Positions 1-10,232 of a stretch of 64,000 nt of DNA are shown piece by piece. The notes below the pieces were generated by a model that was not told the origin of the DNA, searched no databases, and was given only the letters and a program-made list of their open reading frames with translations. Source of the stretch: Nanobdellota archaeon (GTDB lineage Archaea; Nanobdellota; Nanobdellia; CSSed11-243R1). The position numbers were made by a program, and so were the translations under genes. The DNA lies in contig JAGGYW010000014.1 of NCBI GenBank assembly GCA_021162365.1, positions 2,518-66,517 of the forward strand, in the 5' to 3' direction. Position 1 is the first letter of the stretch. Each line of letters opens with the position of its first letter.

Positions 1-480
1 AAATGGAGAGAGATACTAAAAGTGTGGCCGAAAAACCTAGGCGTAGAAGCTGCAGTCCTAAATTATCTTGTGAAATATCCAAAAGATTATGCAAATGCAA
101 TAAGGCAACTCCCCAAAAATCTGCGAAGAATGTTTATCCATTCATTTCAATCGTACATCTTTAACAGAACTCTTGAAGAATTAATAAACAGAGACATAAC
201 TGTCAAAGAGATACCTTTAGTTGGATATGAAACAAAATTAGAAGGAGAAACTGGTGAAATCATTAAAAAAATACTAAAGGAAGAAAACATAAAATTGGAA
301 CACTTTAAACTTAAGAGAATGCCTGAACTCGCTGAAAAAGGAGATAAAAGAGACGCATGGATAAAAGTGGAAAATTTAAAGATACTTAATGTAAAAAACA
401 AAGAGGTGAAACTACAATTCACTCTTAAAAAAGGTGCATACGCAACAACAATCTTGGGATATATTGGTGTTAAAATATGA
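1..480 (+). CDS. truD: tRNA pseudouridine(13) synthase TruD, C-terminal part (5' end outside window)
   Basis: Frame open from base 1; TruD motifs LRRMFIHSFQSYIFN and FTLKKGAYATTIL. Confidence 0.9.
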   Translation, partial: KWREILKVWPKNLGVEAAVLNYLVKYPKDYANAIRQLPKNLRRMFIHSFQSYIFNRTLEELINRDITVKEIPLVGYETKLEGETGEIIKKILKEENIKLEHFKLKRMPELAEKGDKRDAWIKVENLKILNVKNKEVKLQFTLKKGAYATTILGYIGVKI

Positions 481-1115
481 TTTCAGTTATAGTTCCAGCA
501 TATAATGAAGAAAAGCAAATTGGAAAAACAATAGAGAAGCTGCTAAAAGAAAAAGTTGAGGAAATAATCGTTGTAGTTGATGGAAATGACAAAACAGGTG
601 AAATCGCAAAAAAATACAAAAAAGTTAAGGTGCTAACATTCAAACACCGCCTTGGAAAAGGTGGAGCAATAAAAGAAGGATTCAAAGCATCAAAAGGAGA
701 TGTAATTGTATTCGTTGACGCAGACTATTGGCATCAAAAAGCAAGCATTAGAAGCTTAGCAAAATGGATACCAAAATATGATATTGCTATCGGCTCCCGC
801 AGGAAACGTAAAACCATAAAACGAAAGATCTTATCATGGGGATTCAATCTTCTAACAAAAATACTCCTTGGATTAAATTTAAGAGACACTCAATGCGGAT
901 TTAAAGCATTTAAGAGAGAAGCACTAAAAGATTTACTAAGCAAGATGAAAACAAGGGGATATGCATTTGATGTAGAACTGCTTTACCTTGCAAAAAATAA
1001 ATACAAAATAAAAGAAGTCCCAGTAGAATGGGAAGATATAAACACAAAGATAAATCCTGTTAAAGACAGCCTAAAAATGTTTTTAGAATTACTTAGAATA
1101 AAGGCAGGAAAATGA
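477..1115 (+). CDS. GT2 glycosyltransferase, dolichyl-phosphate hexose synthase-like
   Basis: ISVIVPAYNEE, GKGGA, FVDAD, DTQCGFKAF, FDVELL motifs. Confidence 0.85.
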   Translation: MISVIVPAYNEEKQIGKTIEKLLKEKVEEIIVVVDGNDKTGEIAKKYKKVKVLTFKHRLGKGGAIKEGFKASKGDVIVFVDADYWHQKASIRSLAKWIPKYDIAIGSRRKRKTIKRKILSWGFNLLTKILLGLNLRDTQCGFKAFKREALKDLLSKMKTRGYAFDVELLYLAKNKYKIKEVPVEWEDINTKINPVKDSLKMFLELLRIKAGK

Positions 1116-2413
1116 AATTTAACAAAGAGTTTCCAATAGTTATATTAATTGCTGCACTTAGTAGAATACCCTTACTCCTAAAAACAAAAGTGCTTATGTG
1201 GGATGCAGCAGTATATCTAATGAATGCAAAATGGTTCGCAGGTCAAAAAATATTTTGGGAATCTCTTAGAGCACCCTTCCTTCCATTTTTACTTTCATTC
1301 TTATTTAAGATTGGAATTAACAACGAAACTGCATTTAGAATTGTATCAATCACATTCGCAATAGCTTCCATAATGCTAACATATTTGCTTGCGAAAGAAC
1401 TTTTTGGCAAAAAGACGGCGTTTTTATCTGCAACTATCCTATCAGTAATCCCTATCCATGTATTCTGGAGTCCCATGATTTACACCGAAATTCCATCATC
1501 AGTATTTCTTTTAGCCTCCCTTTACTTTTTGTGGAAAGGATTAAAAAATGAAAAAATGATTTACATTTCAATATTCACAAGTGGTCTGGCATTCTTAACA
1601 AGGTATCCTCTTGGAATTTTATTTCCAGCAATTATGTTGTTCCTCCTACTTAACAAAAAACTCAACTTAAAGAAGATATTTTTGTACGCTACAATATTTT
1701 TGTTAACTATATCTCCATGGCTGATATACAACTATTCAACATTCGGAGATCCAATGCACTCGTTTAAAGAAGGAATAAGATGGCAAGGTCCAACACACCA
1801 ACCAATTTATTTTTATCTTACAACACTTCCAAACTATGCTTCCTTTGTTTCAATAATAATTATCGCTGGAGGAGTGTATTCCCTCCAGTTTTTCAAAAAA
1901 CAAAAGTTCCAACTGCTGCTAATTTTCTTAATCATGTTTATTGGATTTTTAACAGTTTCAGGTCATAAGGAAGAGAGATATATCTTACCAGCAATACCCT
2001 TAATTGTCATATTCTCATCCTACTTCATAGAAAAAATAGACATCAAGAAATGGATTCCCATTATTGGAGCAATAATTGTGCTAACGGCTGCAGCCTCGCT
2101 ACAACTCCAATTCCCATCTTGCGATGGAATAATAAATGCATCAAAAGACTTAGACGGTGTTGTTGCATCTACATATTGGCCACTAACAGCATACTATGGA
2201 AATGTAAAGGTAAGGGCAATGCCAGCAGATTTAAATGAGTTCGATAGCTTCCTACGTGAAGGAAACATAACTTATGTAATTACTTCAAGCAAAGGGGAGT
2301 GGCCACCATATGCACAAAACTTCTCTTTCTTCGACAACAACCCTAATCTAGAAGTTGTAAAAGGGATAACTGACAAGTGTCAAATTTACAAGGTATACAA
2401 AGTAAAGCTTTAA
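1112..2413 (+). CDS. GT-C (PMT/ArnT family) membrane glycosyltransferase
   Basis: Multi-TM protein with N-terminal WD..Y, R.P..P, LAFLTRY and KEERYILP motifs. Confidence 0.8.
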   Translation: MKFNKEFPIVILIAALSRIPLLLKTKVLMWDAAVYLMNAKWFAGQKIFWESLRAPFLPFLLSFLFKIGINNETAFRIVSITFAIASIMLTYLLAKELFGKKTAFLSATILSVIPIHVFWSPMIYTEIPSSVFLLASLYFLWKGLKNEKMIYISIFTSGLAFLTRYPLGILFPAIMLFLLLNKKLNLKKIFLYATIFLLTISPWLIYNYSTFGDPMHSFKEGIRWQGPTHQPIYFYLTTLPNYASFVSIIIIAGGVYSLQFFKKQKFQLLLIFLIMFIGFLTVSGHKEERYILPAIPLIVIFSSYFIEKIDIKKWIPIIGAIIVLTAAASLQLQFPSCDGIINASKDLDGVVASTYWPLTAYYGNVKVRAMPADLNEFDSFLREGNITYVITSSKGEWPPYAQNFSFFDNNPNLEVVKGITDKCQIYKVYKVKL

Positions 2414-2438
2414 AATTCATTATTTATAGGTTATAACT

Positions 2439-3689
2439 ATGGATTTAAGTTCAATTTCACTACTTGTATTAATTTATTTTATGCTTTACTCTAGCATATT
2501 CTGGCTTCTATTGTATTTTGAAAAGAAGAAAAGCTTAAGTGAAGACCCAAAGCCGAAACGATTCCCTCTTGTAAGCATAGTAATTCCAGTATATAAAGGG
2601 GATAAAAAAGAAGTAATCAAGAAGGCAATCTCATCTGCATTAAGCTTGAGTTATCCAAAAAAAGAGATAATATTGTCATGGAATGGTCCAAAAACAGATG
2701 CCTACAAACTATGTGAAAAACTGGCAAATGAAAACAAAAACGTTAAACTAGTTTATACCCCAAAAAAAGGAAAAGCTGCAGGAATGAATGAAGCCTTGAA
2801 ACACATTAAAGGCGAACTGTTTTGTTGTTTAGATGCAGATTCATTCTTCCACAAAGACGCATTAGAACACATGGTTGGCTACTTTGAGGACCCAAAAATT
2901 GGGGCAGTCACAAGCAGCATGAAGGTATTTAACCCTAAGACAATTGTCCAAAAAATTCAATGGGTAGAATACATATTTGCAATATATCTAAGAAAGTTAT
3001 CATCCCTTATAGATTGTTTGTATGTCGTTCCAGGGCCAGGAAGTATGTATAGAACAGAAACAATCAAGAAAATTGGAGGGTTCGATGAAAACAACCTAAC
3101 CGAGGATATGGAAATTGCATTTCGCCTTTTGGATAATGGGTATAAAATCAAAAACAGCCTAAATGCATTTGTAGATACAATTGCTCCAAGTAAATTCATA
3201 GGCCTGCTAAAACAACGCATTAGATGGTACACTGGATTTTATGATAACGTTAAGCTTTACAGACACATGTTATTTAATCCAAAAGCGGGAATGTTAGGAA
3301 TATTTATGCTTCCTTTATCAATTGTCTGGGTAGGGATTATATTATATTCCATTGCAATTTTAATTAAATCTGTAGTGACTAAAGCGGTGTTCGATTTAAC
3401 TATTTTATCCATAATTGGACTGGATTTAGATGTGCTTATAAGCATCATCAAAAGAACCCTTGTATTTCAGCCAACATATTTAACATGGTTTGCATTTGTA
3501 CTATCCTTCATTGGCATATATGTAATCTATCTTGGATTAAAAATGTCGAAAGAAAAAGCAGAAGTAACACATAAATACCCCCACTATATCACATATTTAT
3601 TGTTTTACAGCATACTCGTTGGAGTATTTTGGATATCAACCCTTGGATACATCGTTGCACGCAGCAAGCTAAAATATAGGTTGTGGTAA
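2439..3689 (+). CDS. Processive GT2 glycosyltransferase (cellulose synthase/PgaC-like)
   Basis: GKAAGMN, LDADS, TED and QRIRW (QxxRW) motifs; N- and C-terminal TM helices. Confidence 0.85.
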   Translation: MDLSSISLLVLIYFMLYSSIFWLLLYFEKKKSLSEDPKPKRFPLVSIVIPVYKGDKKEVIKKAISSALSLSYPKKEIILSWNGPKTDAYKLCEKLANENKNVKLVYTPKKGKAAGMNEALKHIKGELFCCLDADSFFHKDALEHMVGYFEDPKIGAVTSSMKVFNPKTIVQKIQWVEYIFAIYLRKLSSLIDCLYVVPGPGSMYRTETIKKIGGFDENNLTEDMEIAFRLLDNGYKIKNSLNAFVDTIAPSKFIGLLKQRIRWYTGFYDNVKLYRHMLFNPKAGMLGIFMLPLSIVWVGIILYSIAILIKSVVTKAVFDLTILSIIGLDLDVLISIIKRTLVFQPTYLTWFAFVLSFIGIYVIYLGLKMSKEKAEVTHKYPHYITYLLFYSILVGVFWISTLGYIVARSKLKYRLW

Positions 3690-3692
3690 AAG

Positions 3693-4352
3693 ATGAACAT
3701 ATTTTTGAAAGTCGGGATTGTAACAACTTTAATTTTTGTATCCGGGCTAATGTTTGGAATGCTCATAGGTAGCCAAAAGGTAAGCGAATTAGAGTTAACG
3801 ATTTCAAGGTTAGATGAGAACATACAAAACGCCGACCTTCAATTCCTTTTCTTCAACACCATGAACCAAAATATATCTTGTAAATTCTTGTCACATGAAG
3901 CCTCAAGATTAAGTGAGCAGGCAGATAACCTTGGAAGGGAAGTTTCCATGTATGAGAATTCCAAGAAAATAAGTGAGAAAAGTTTCTATGAGATGAAAAA
4001 GAGATACACATCCATTTTAATAAAAGATTGGCTCATGGTGGAAAAAATAAAAAGAACCTGTGGTGAAAATTACACAACAGTATTATACTTCTATTCAAAT
4101 AACAACTGCGATAGATGTCAAGAACAAGGTATCGTTTTAACATACCTAAAAGAAAAGCTCAAAGATGAATTTCTAGTATTTGCAATTGATGGAGATATCT
4201 CATTAGAGATAGTGAGCCTTCTAAAAGATGCATATGGAATAGAAGAATATCCAGCTCTTGTAATCAATGGTGAAGTGCATAATGGATTTACAGATTTAGA
4301 CGAATTAAAAGAAATAACATGTAATTACAATAATAACTTAACTATCTGTTAA
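3693..4352 (+). CDS. Membrane-anchored thioredoxin-like fold protein
   Basis: N-terminal TM, coiled segment, YFYS..CDRC motif and YPALVING cis-Pro-type motif. Confidence 0.65.
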   Translation: MNIFLKVGIVTTLIFVSGLMFGMLIGSQKVSELELTISRLDENIQNADLQFLFFNTMNQNISCKFLSHEASRLSEQADNLGREVSMYENSKKISEKSFYEMKKRYTSILIKDWLMVEKIKRTCGENYTTVLYFYSNNNCDRCQEQGIVLTYLKEKLKDEFLVFAIDGDISLEIVSLLKDAYGIEEYPALVINGEVHNGFTDLDELKEITCNYNNNLTIC

Positions 4353-4661
4353 TTATGTTGGTGTGAGCACCTGAACTGTTATAACTGTGTCATTTTCTAA
4401 CTTACAATCACACACGCAAAGAGTTGTTGCTTTACCTTGAAGGGAATCTGGCGCAGCATAAGGTGCGTAATAACAATAGTAACTCCTACATTTGCTTGTC
4501 TCATTTACTTGCCTATTTAGCTCATCAGTTAACATTTGGCAAACCCTGTTGAATTGCTCCGTTCTTCTTTCTACCTTCAAGGTATGGAATACCTGATATA
4601 AAGCAATAGAAGAGAGTATCAAAACTGCCATGAAGATAATGATAGCTGTGGAATGTTTCAT
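4353..4661 (-). CDS. Hypothetical membrane-anchored Cys-containing protein
   Basis: 102-aa ORF, N-terminal TM, six Cys; downstream of the S-layer gene. Confidence 0.6.
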   Translation of the reverse strand: MKHSTAIIIFMAVLILSSIALYQVFHTLKVERRTEQFNRVCQMLTDELNRQVNETSKCRSYYCYYAPYAAPDSLQGKATTLCVCDCKLENDTVITVQVLTPT

Positions 4662-4736
4662 GAAAATTCATAAAAGAAGTTAGTTTAAAAATGTTTTCAA
4701 AAATATAAAAGAAAAAAGAAAGGATTACCTTTCTAA

Positions 4737-7238
4737 TTACTCGAATTCTACACCACTAAGTGTGCCTGCAGCTGTGTTAATGACTACTTTGTCACCTGTC
4801 AATTTGTCTGCAAATTGTCCTTGAAGCAATCTTGCTGAGACAACTTTACCTGCAAGTTGTGTGTCCTTTGCTGCATAACCTGCTATGATCAATGCGTCAT
4901 TTGTTCCATATGCGTCCTCTATCAATTGGACAATTGCAGTGTCAGGTGCATAGTCAGCTGCTTTGTCTGTAAGACCTGCTTCTGCCAAGTTGTAGACCAA
5001 CTTGTTGACACTTGGTCCACCAATCAAGATTACGTTCTTGTCTGGTGTTGTTGTGTCGAAGTCTGTGTCTACTCTTGATATTCCGCCTGTTACATCAACA
5101 TAGTTGACGGTTACAGGTCCTGTTGTGGTGGTTGTTGTTGAAACTTTTTCTCCAGTTACATAGACATTTGCAAATACTTGGTTGTCTGGGTAGTCAATTG
5201 TTATTGTGTTTTGGTCGTTTGTGTAGTCATTCAATAAGTGTAATCCATAGGTAGTATAGCCTTCTTCTTTGTTGCTGTCGCCAATTGTGTATGGACCAAG
5301 ATCTAGACCAGAGCTATAATCTACATCCACATAATGACTCACGTTATTCCGTGTAAATGCTAACGCAACAGTGTCTGTTGTAGCCCCATCTTCGTGCTCT
5401 TCTGTAATTATCTTTACAACATCACTATCATCTGCTGCTGCACCGAAACCATCGAAGTCTATTGTTGCACCATATCCAGTAAGGATGTGGACATCTGTAT
5501 TATCTCCAATTGTACCACTGTTGTTCATATCAACTGTAATCGTTCCCGCACCTGTATTTACATTTATACCAATTGCATATCCATGGAAATACAATGTTGC
5601 GTCAGGTGTATTCGCTACATCATATGATATTTCCATTGTTTCTCCACTGTTTAAATCCTTCAACTTAATTATCTCATCCCCTGTATCTAGGTCCTTGAAT
5701 TGGAAGATGTGTGAGTAATCTCCCGCTGTTACTACAAACAATTCTTCATCCCCAATGTTATCTGTTTCATCTATGTGGAATGGATAATATGTACCTCCCG
5801 AGATATATCCAAGGTACACATCTGTTGTTTCCTCACCATCCGTATCACTGTCGTTATACACAAATAGTTCTCCGTCAAATGTCTCTCCATCTTTTGCTGT
5901 GTATTTCAACTTGTATTCATCGTCGTTGCTCTTGTATATCTTTATTGTCTCTGTGTTTTCTGTTGACAAGCCTGTAAATTGATAGTCAAATGTCTTTGTG
6001 AATAATGCATTTGCATCTTCGAGCTTGTCTGATAACTTGCCATCTACTGGGATGTACAAGTCATCGTCTGGTGTGTATTTAACTTCGATCGAGCTAATCT
6101 TTGCTACACCACTATCAATGTCCCCTGTTATTTTCACATCTGTATTGTCTACGTCACTTTCTCCAACTTTATATTCTGTTCCACCAAAGTCAGCATTTTC
6201 TACATCTGAGTCAGACAATACAATCTTGTCTGCACCAATGTAGAAGGTTACTTGGTCTGCACCTTGTGCTTCGCTACCTTCGTTCTCAAGCAAGTACTTG
6301 ATTCCTATTGTTGTTCCATCTGAAAGTGTTTTGACATCGTTTACTTGCAAGTCTCTCAACGCTTCTCCATTTATGTTCAAGTTAGCTACAAGTCCACCTG
6401 TAGATGCTGATTGACCAATTGAGACAACTTCTACTTCGTATGTCTTACCATTTACTGTGTACGTTTGTGTTGTGTATTCATTTTGTGTTGATTCAACTGC
6501 TCCACTCATCAAGGTTAACTCGACACTTTTTGTACCATCTGTTATTGCCTTTGTGATTGTGTAGTCCTTACCCAATATCTTTATTGTTTTCATCTCAATG
6601 TCTTCGAGGTGCTTAGTTGGTGCAGATGTGTCATAATCTGACTCTAATGCGTTTGAAAACGACAACTTATATGTATATGCTGGACTTGCTGATGCAAACT
6701 TCATATACCAAGCTGGTGTATCTGTGTCGTCATCTGGGTCTACTGCAAAGGTTACATTTGCATTGTCTGCCAAGTCAATGTATTCATCATAGCTGAATGT
6801 CCCCTTCTCATTTGTTATTGAACCTCCTGAAAGCATTGTGCTCATTTCGTCGCTTGTTATTGTTCCATAGTCATTTATGTTCTGGTCAAACTCAAGCTTG
6901 TCTCCTGACTTTTCAATCTTCCAAACTTCACCTGTCAATTCTGTTTCTGTTCCTGTTGTTCCAGCTGCTGTTGTTGAAACCTGTCCAAAGGCTGTTGCTA
7001 CATCCATACCTACTGAAACATCTTTTGCTAGGTCTGTTGCTGCTTGTGCTGTAAATGCTATGTTTGGATTCCAGCCCATTGTTCCTACTACCACGTATGC
7101 GTCAAAGACTCCGTCAGCTGTCACGAATGGTTGTGGCAAGTCATCCAAAGCTGCAAATGCTCCAGCCAAGGTTGCCCCAGCCATTACAGCTCCACCAACA
7201 AGAGCCGCAATTTTCTTTATGGTCCTTTTCATTTCCAT
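4737..7238 (-). CDS. S-layer protein
   Basis: Signal peptide IKKIAALVGGAVMAGATLAGA, VVVG N-terminal motif, acidic Asp/Thr-rich body, C-terminal NVILIGGPSVNKL and IAGY..DT motifs; strong SD GGAGGTAGGTGA. Confidence 0.9.
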   Translation of the reverse strand: MEMKRTIKKIAALVGGAVMAGATLAGAFAALDDLPQPFVTADGVFDAYVVVGTMGWNPNIAFTAQAATDLAKDVSVGMDVATAFGQVSTTAAGTTGTETELTGEVWKIEKSGDKLEFDQNINDYGTITSDEMSTMLSGGSITNEKGTFSYDEYIDLADNANVTFAVDPDDDTDTPAWYMKFASASPAYTYKLSFSNALESDYDTSAPTKHLEDIEMKTIKILGKDYTITKAITDGTKSVELTLMSGAVESTQNEYTTQTYTVNGKTYEVEVVSIGQSASTGGLVANLNINGEALRDLQVNDVKTLSDGTTIGIKYLLENEGSEAQGADQVTFYIGADKIVLSDSDVENADFGGTEYKVGESDVDNTDVKITGDIDSGVAKISSIEVKYTPDDDLYIPVDGKLSDKLEDANALFTKTFDYQFTGLSTENTETIKIYKSNDDEYKLKYTAKDGETFDGELFVYNDSDTDGEETTDVYLGYISGGTYYPFHIDETDNIGDEELFVVTAGDYSHIFQFKDLDTGDEIIKLKDLNSGETMEISYDVANTPDATLYFHGYAIGINVNTGAGTITVDMNNSGTIGDNTDVHILTGYGATIDFDGFGAAADDSDVVKIITEEHEDGATTDTVALAFTRNNVSHYVDVDYSSGLDLGPYTIGDSNKEEGYTTYGLHLLNDYTNDQNTITIDYPDNQVFANVYVTGEKVSTTTTTTGPVTVNYVDVTGGISRVDTDFDTTTPDKNVILIGGPSVNKLVYNLAEAGLTDKAADYAPDTAIVQLIEDAYGTNDALIIAGYAAKDTQLAGKVVSARLLQGQFADKLTGDKVVINTAAGTLSGVEFE

Positions 7239-7404
7239 TTTTTTTCACCTACCTCCTTTGAGGTTATTTTTTGGTTTTTAATTCAAAACCTCGAGGAATT
7301 ACTGCTTTATTCGATAGCTATCTCTCCTTCGCGCGCGAGGTTTTATAAGTTTAAACATGAATAGAAGGGTATTTAAGGTTTTCTTTGTGAATTTTCCTAG
7401 TTAG

Positions 7405-7890
7405 TCACTTCTTAATGGTAAAATTTGGAGTTTCCTCTATCTTCTCATTTTCGGCTTCTTTTGGCTTTTTAGGCACAATTTTAAGCTTTTTGAGAACATC
7501 ATTTGCCTGCTTTAACCTCGCTGCTAAAACCTTGATGTCCTTGTCCATGGCGCTCACTTTTGCGCTTACATCTGCCAGGATGTCCTGCAATTCATCTGCG
7601 GTTATTATCACTTCTGGAGGGTCTATAATCTCCACCACAGATGGCCCAAAAGAAAGAGTTATCACAAATAAGTCCCTCAAATTCTTAATTTCTGCCTCAA
7701 ACTCAACATGAGATGTAAACATCTTCTCTCCAATCTTCTCCGGCTCAGCATAATGCTCCTCAAACACCTTAACATTTTTCCTTAGCCTGTCAACTATTTT
7801 CTTTAGATGCTCATTCAACGCCTCCTTAGGCCATCCCATCAACTCAAAAAACATTCTAACATGGATCTTTTGCTTATCCTTCACAAACAT
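7405..7890 (-). CDS. Conserved hypothetical protein
   Basis: 161-aa ORF with FELMGWPKE and GPSVVEIIDP motifs; C-terminal coiled coil. Confidence 0.7.
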   Translation of the reverse strand: MFVKDKQKIHVRMFFELMGWPKEALNEHLKKIVDRLRKNVKVFEEHYAEPEKIGEKMFTSHVEFEAEIKNLRDLFVITLSFGPSVVEIIDPPEVIITADELQDILADVSAKVSAMDKDIKVLAARLKQANDVLKKLKIVPKKPKEAENEKIEETPNFTIKK

Positions 7891-7894
7891 CTTC

Positions 7895-8344
7895 TCACTT
7901 CCTTATAACAAAATAAAGCCCAACTAATGAAACCACAACAAGACCAATATATAAATATGTTGTGTCTATTTCCTGAGATCCCACCACTTTTATAGTGTAT
8001 GTCTCAACAAGCGTGTTATTATCATGCTTTATCTTCACACGAAGATTGTAGTATCCCTCCTCAGTGCCGTGTTTAATCAAATCCTCAAGCACAACATGTG
8101 ACACAATATCTGGTTGTAGACGAACCTCCTGTTTATTTGTTATCCACCCCTGACCAACGCAATTAAACCCCTTATACACATAGGAATACAGCGTTACATT
8201 CGCTGGCTCCTCCGACTTCAAGGACACATCAATCTTAAACCACTTACCAATCTCGACTTCTTCTGGGTAGGAGATATTATACTCCAAAGAAGCAGCTGCA
8301 CTAACTGAGAGCAGCAAAACTAAAGCAAAAACTGCCAACCGCAT
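7895..8344 (-). CDS. Secreted Ig-like protein with C-terminal TM anchor
   Basis: Signal peptide, beta-rich core, C-terminal TM followed by RK. Confidence 0.65.
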   Translation of the reverse strand: MRLAVFALVLLLSVSAAASLEYNISYPEEVEIGKWFKIDVSLKSEEPANVTLYSYVYKGFNCVGQGWITNKQEVRLQPDIVSHVVLEDLIKHGTEEGYYNLRVKIKHDNNTLVETYTIKVVGSQEIDTTYLYIGLVVVSLVGLYFVIRK

Positions 8345-8416
8345 AATCCTAAAACGCAGCCAATTTTTAAAAAACTTTATTAAATCATGTTGCTCTCTTT
8401 TTTATGGTGAGTTAAA

Positions 8417-8977
8417 ATGGCTTTCAAGTTTTTCAAGAAAAAAGAAAAAGATTTTCCTGCCGAGGAAAAGGCAGAAGTGCTTAATGAAGACGAACTACCT
8501 AATCTTCCTCCATTACCCGAACCACCAAAGGAAGATAGCTTTGGAAAGGGATTTAGATCTCCAGAGGAGTTAAAACCACCAACATTACCACAACTTCCTG
8601 AACTTCCAAAGCCACCAATGTTACCACACCCTCCAGAACCACCAACAGAACTTCCACCATTTAAAGCACCTGAGCCACTCCCAATACCACAGCCAAAACC
8701 TGCTGGTGTTGAGATGAAAATAAAATCTGAATTTGGCCCAGTACCAAAAGTAAAAGGTGCACCACACATTTACATAAGAATTGACAAATACAAGGAAGTA
8801 ATGAACACAATAAAAGAGCTTGGTGAGGAAATAAAAGCAACAAAGCAAGATCTAGAAGAAATCCATGAAATAAGCGAAAACGAGAGGGACAAAATAAAGG
8901 AAGCTGCAGAAGTTTTACTGCAGATAGAAAAATTGCTAAGTTACTTGGAGAAAACATTCACATCTCCAGAAGAATAG
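8417..8977 (+). CDS. Hypothetical protein with Pro/Glu-rich linker and C-terminal coiled coil
   Basis: SD GGTGA; PE/PK-rich tract; YIRIDKY motif before coiled coil. Confidence 0.7.
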   Translation: MAFKFFKKKEKDFPAEEKAEVLNEDELPNLPPLPEPPKEDSFGKGFRSPEELKPPTLPQLPELPKPPMLPHPPEPPTELPPFKAPEPLPIPQPKPAGVEMKIKSEFGPVPKVKGAPHIYIRIDKYKEVMNTIKELGEEIKATKQDLEEIHEISENERDKIKEAAEVLLQIEKLLSYLEKTFTSPEE

Positions 8978-9023
8978 TTCTTTCCAAAACTTTTTATTTT
9001 AATTTTCTATTCACTTTTCTAAA

Positions 9024-9145
9024 GGGTCCGTGGTCTAGTGCATCTTTCTTTGGAAAAGAAAGCTGCACCAAAGAAAGGGGCTGGACAATGGTATGACGCC
9101 ACCCTCACGCGGTGGAGGTCCCCGGTTCGAGTCCGGGCGGACCCA
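9024..9145 (+). tRNA. tRNA-Val(CAC) with one D-loop intron (approx. 9039-9088, position 15/16)
   Basis: Acceptor GGGTCCG/CGGACCC, anticodon arm CCACC-CTCACGC-GGTGG, T arm CCCGG-TTCGAGT-CCGGG; BHB helix GTCT/GGAC with AGT and AAT bulges; 72 nt after splicing. Confidence 0.92.
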
Positions 9146-9193
9146 GTTGAAAGCTTTTTTAAATAACAACATATTTTAATTTGTGTGGTAAAA

Positions 9194-9550
9194 ATGAGTA
9201 AAGAAGAAACTTATGTTCGACTTGATAATGCAAATCTCGCGAAGGTAACTTTTGCCAAGCTAGCAAAGGACTTCGCAAGATATTCTAAAATCATGATAGA
9301 AATTAAGAAGCTAAGTGATGCAAAAAACAAAAAGAGGAAAGAATTTCTTACAAAGCTAGGAAACATAGAAAAGCAATTCAAACAACTTGAGACAAGTCTC
9401 CCCAAGCCGCCAAAAGAGAAAAAAGTCCATAAGCCAAAGCAAAAGGAAGTAGCGCCCAAGCCAGAAAAGGAACTTGAAACCTTTGAAGAGTTAAGAGAGG
9501 AATTTGAGAGGATAAGAGCGCAGCTTGAAGATATAAGAAAGTCCGCCTAG
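9194..9550 (+). CDS. Hypothetical coiled-coil protein
   Basis: ATG at 9194 in the 121-aa ORF; YVRLD motif, charged helices. Confidence 0.65.
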   Translation: MSKEETYVRLDNANLAKVTFAKLAKDFARYSKIMIEIKKLSDAKNKKRKEFLTKLGNIEKQFKQLETSLPKPPKEKKVHKPKQKEVAPKPEKELETFEELREEFERIRAQLEDIRKSA

Positions 9551-9596
9551 TTCTATGAAAAATCTTAAAAACATACAAAGGCAAAGATTTTTGTAA

Positions 9597-9754
9597 GCGG
9601 GAGTGCCGGAGCGGTCAAACGGGCACGGCTCAAGGCACCCTTTTAGAAAAAGCGTGCACGGAAAAGGGTGAGTGACACCGTGTGGCTTAGTGCTGATGTG
9701 CCCAATGGCACTTGGCGAGCAATGCCTACGCAGGTTCAAATCCTGCCTCCCGCA
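9597..9754 (+). tRNA. tRNA-Leu(CAA) with two introns (approx. 9635-9676 in the anticodon loop; 9691-9722 in the variable-arm loop)
   Basis: Acceptor GCGGGAG/CTCCCGC, CACGG-CTCAAG...A-CCGTG, T arm GCAGG-TTCAAAT-CCTGC; variable-arm BHB GCTT/GAGC; 84 nt after splicing. Confidence 0.9.
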
Positions 9755-9773
9755 CTCAATTCTTGGTGATAAA

Positions 9774-10232
9774 ATGAAACAAGCAACTCTCTGCTTCATA
9801 ATTGAAAATGGAAAAATACTTTTAGGTATGAAAAAGCGTGGCTTCGGTGCAGGGAAGTGGAATGGGTTTGGTGGAAAAATTAAGGATGAAGAAAATATTG
9901 AAGAAGCGACAGTAAGAGAATTATATGAAGAAACAAATGTGTTGGCAAATAAACTTGAAAAGGTGGGTGAACTGAAATTTATATTCCCTTATAAAAAAGA
10001 GTGGAACCAAATAGTTCATGTATTCTTAGCCAGAGAATGGAATGGGGACCCAAAAGAAAGCGAGGAAATGTTACCAAAATGGTTCCACATAAACGAAATC
10101 CCATTTGATAAAATGTGGCAAGATGACAAACACTGGTTACCCATAATCCTAAATGGAAGAAAGGTAAATGCCACTTTCATATTTAAAGATGATAATGAAA
10201 CTATAGCGGAGATGAAGTTAAATGAAGCTTAA
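9774..10232 (+). CDS. NUDIX hydrolase, 8-oxo-dGTP diphosphatase (MTH1/MutT-like)
   Basis: KKRGFGAGKWNGFGGK, Nudix box RELYEET, ESEEM.P.WF, MWQDD; start moved to the ATG after the tRNA. Confidence 0.88.
   Translation: MKQATLCFIIENGKILLGMKKRGFGAGKWNGFGGKIKDEENIEEATVRELYEETNVLANKLEKVGELKFIFPYKKEWNQIVHVFLAREWNGDPKESEEMLPKWFHINEIPFDKMWQDDKHWLPIILNGRKVNATFIFKDDNETIAEMKLNEA

Noticed and set aside
9491..9799. 102-aa minus-strand ORF and the N-terminal extension of the NUDIX ORF
   Set aside because: Both overlap tRNA-Leu(CAA); the NUDIX gene most likely starts at 9774
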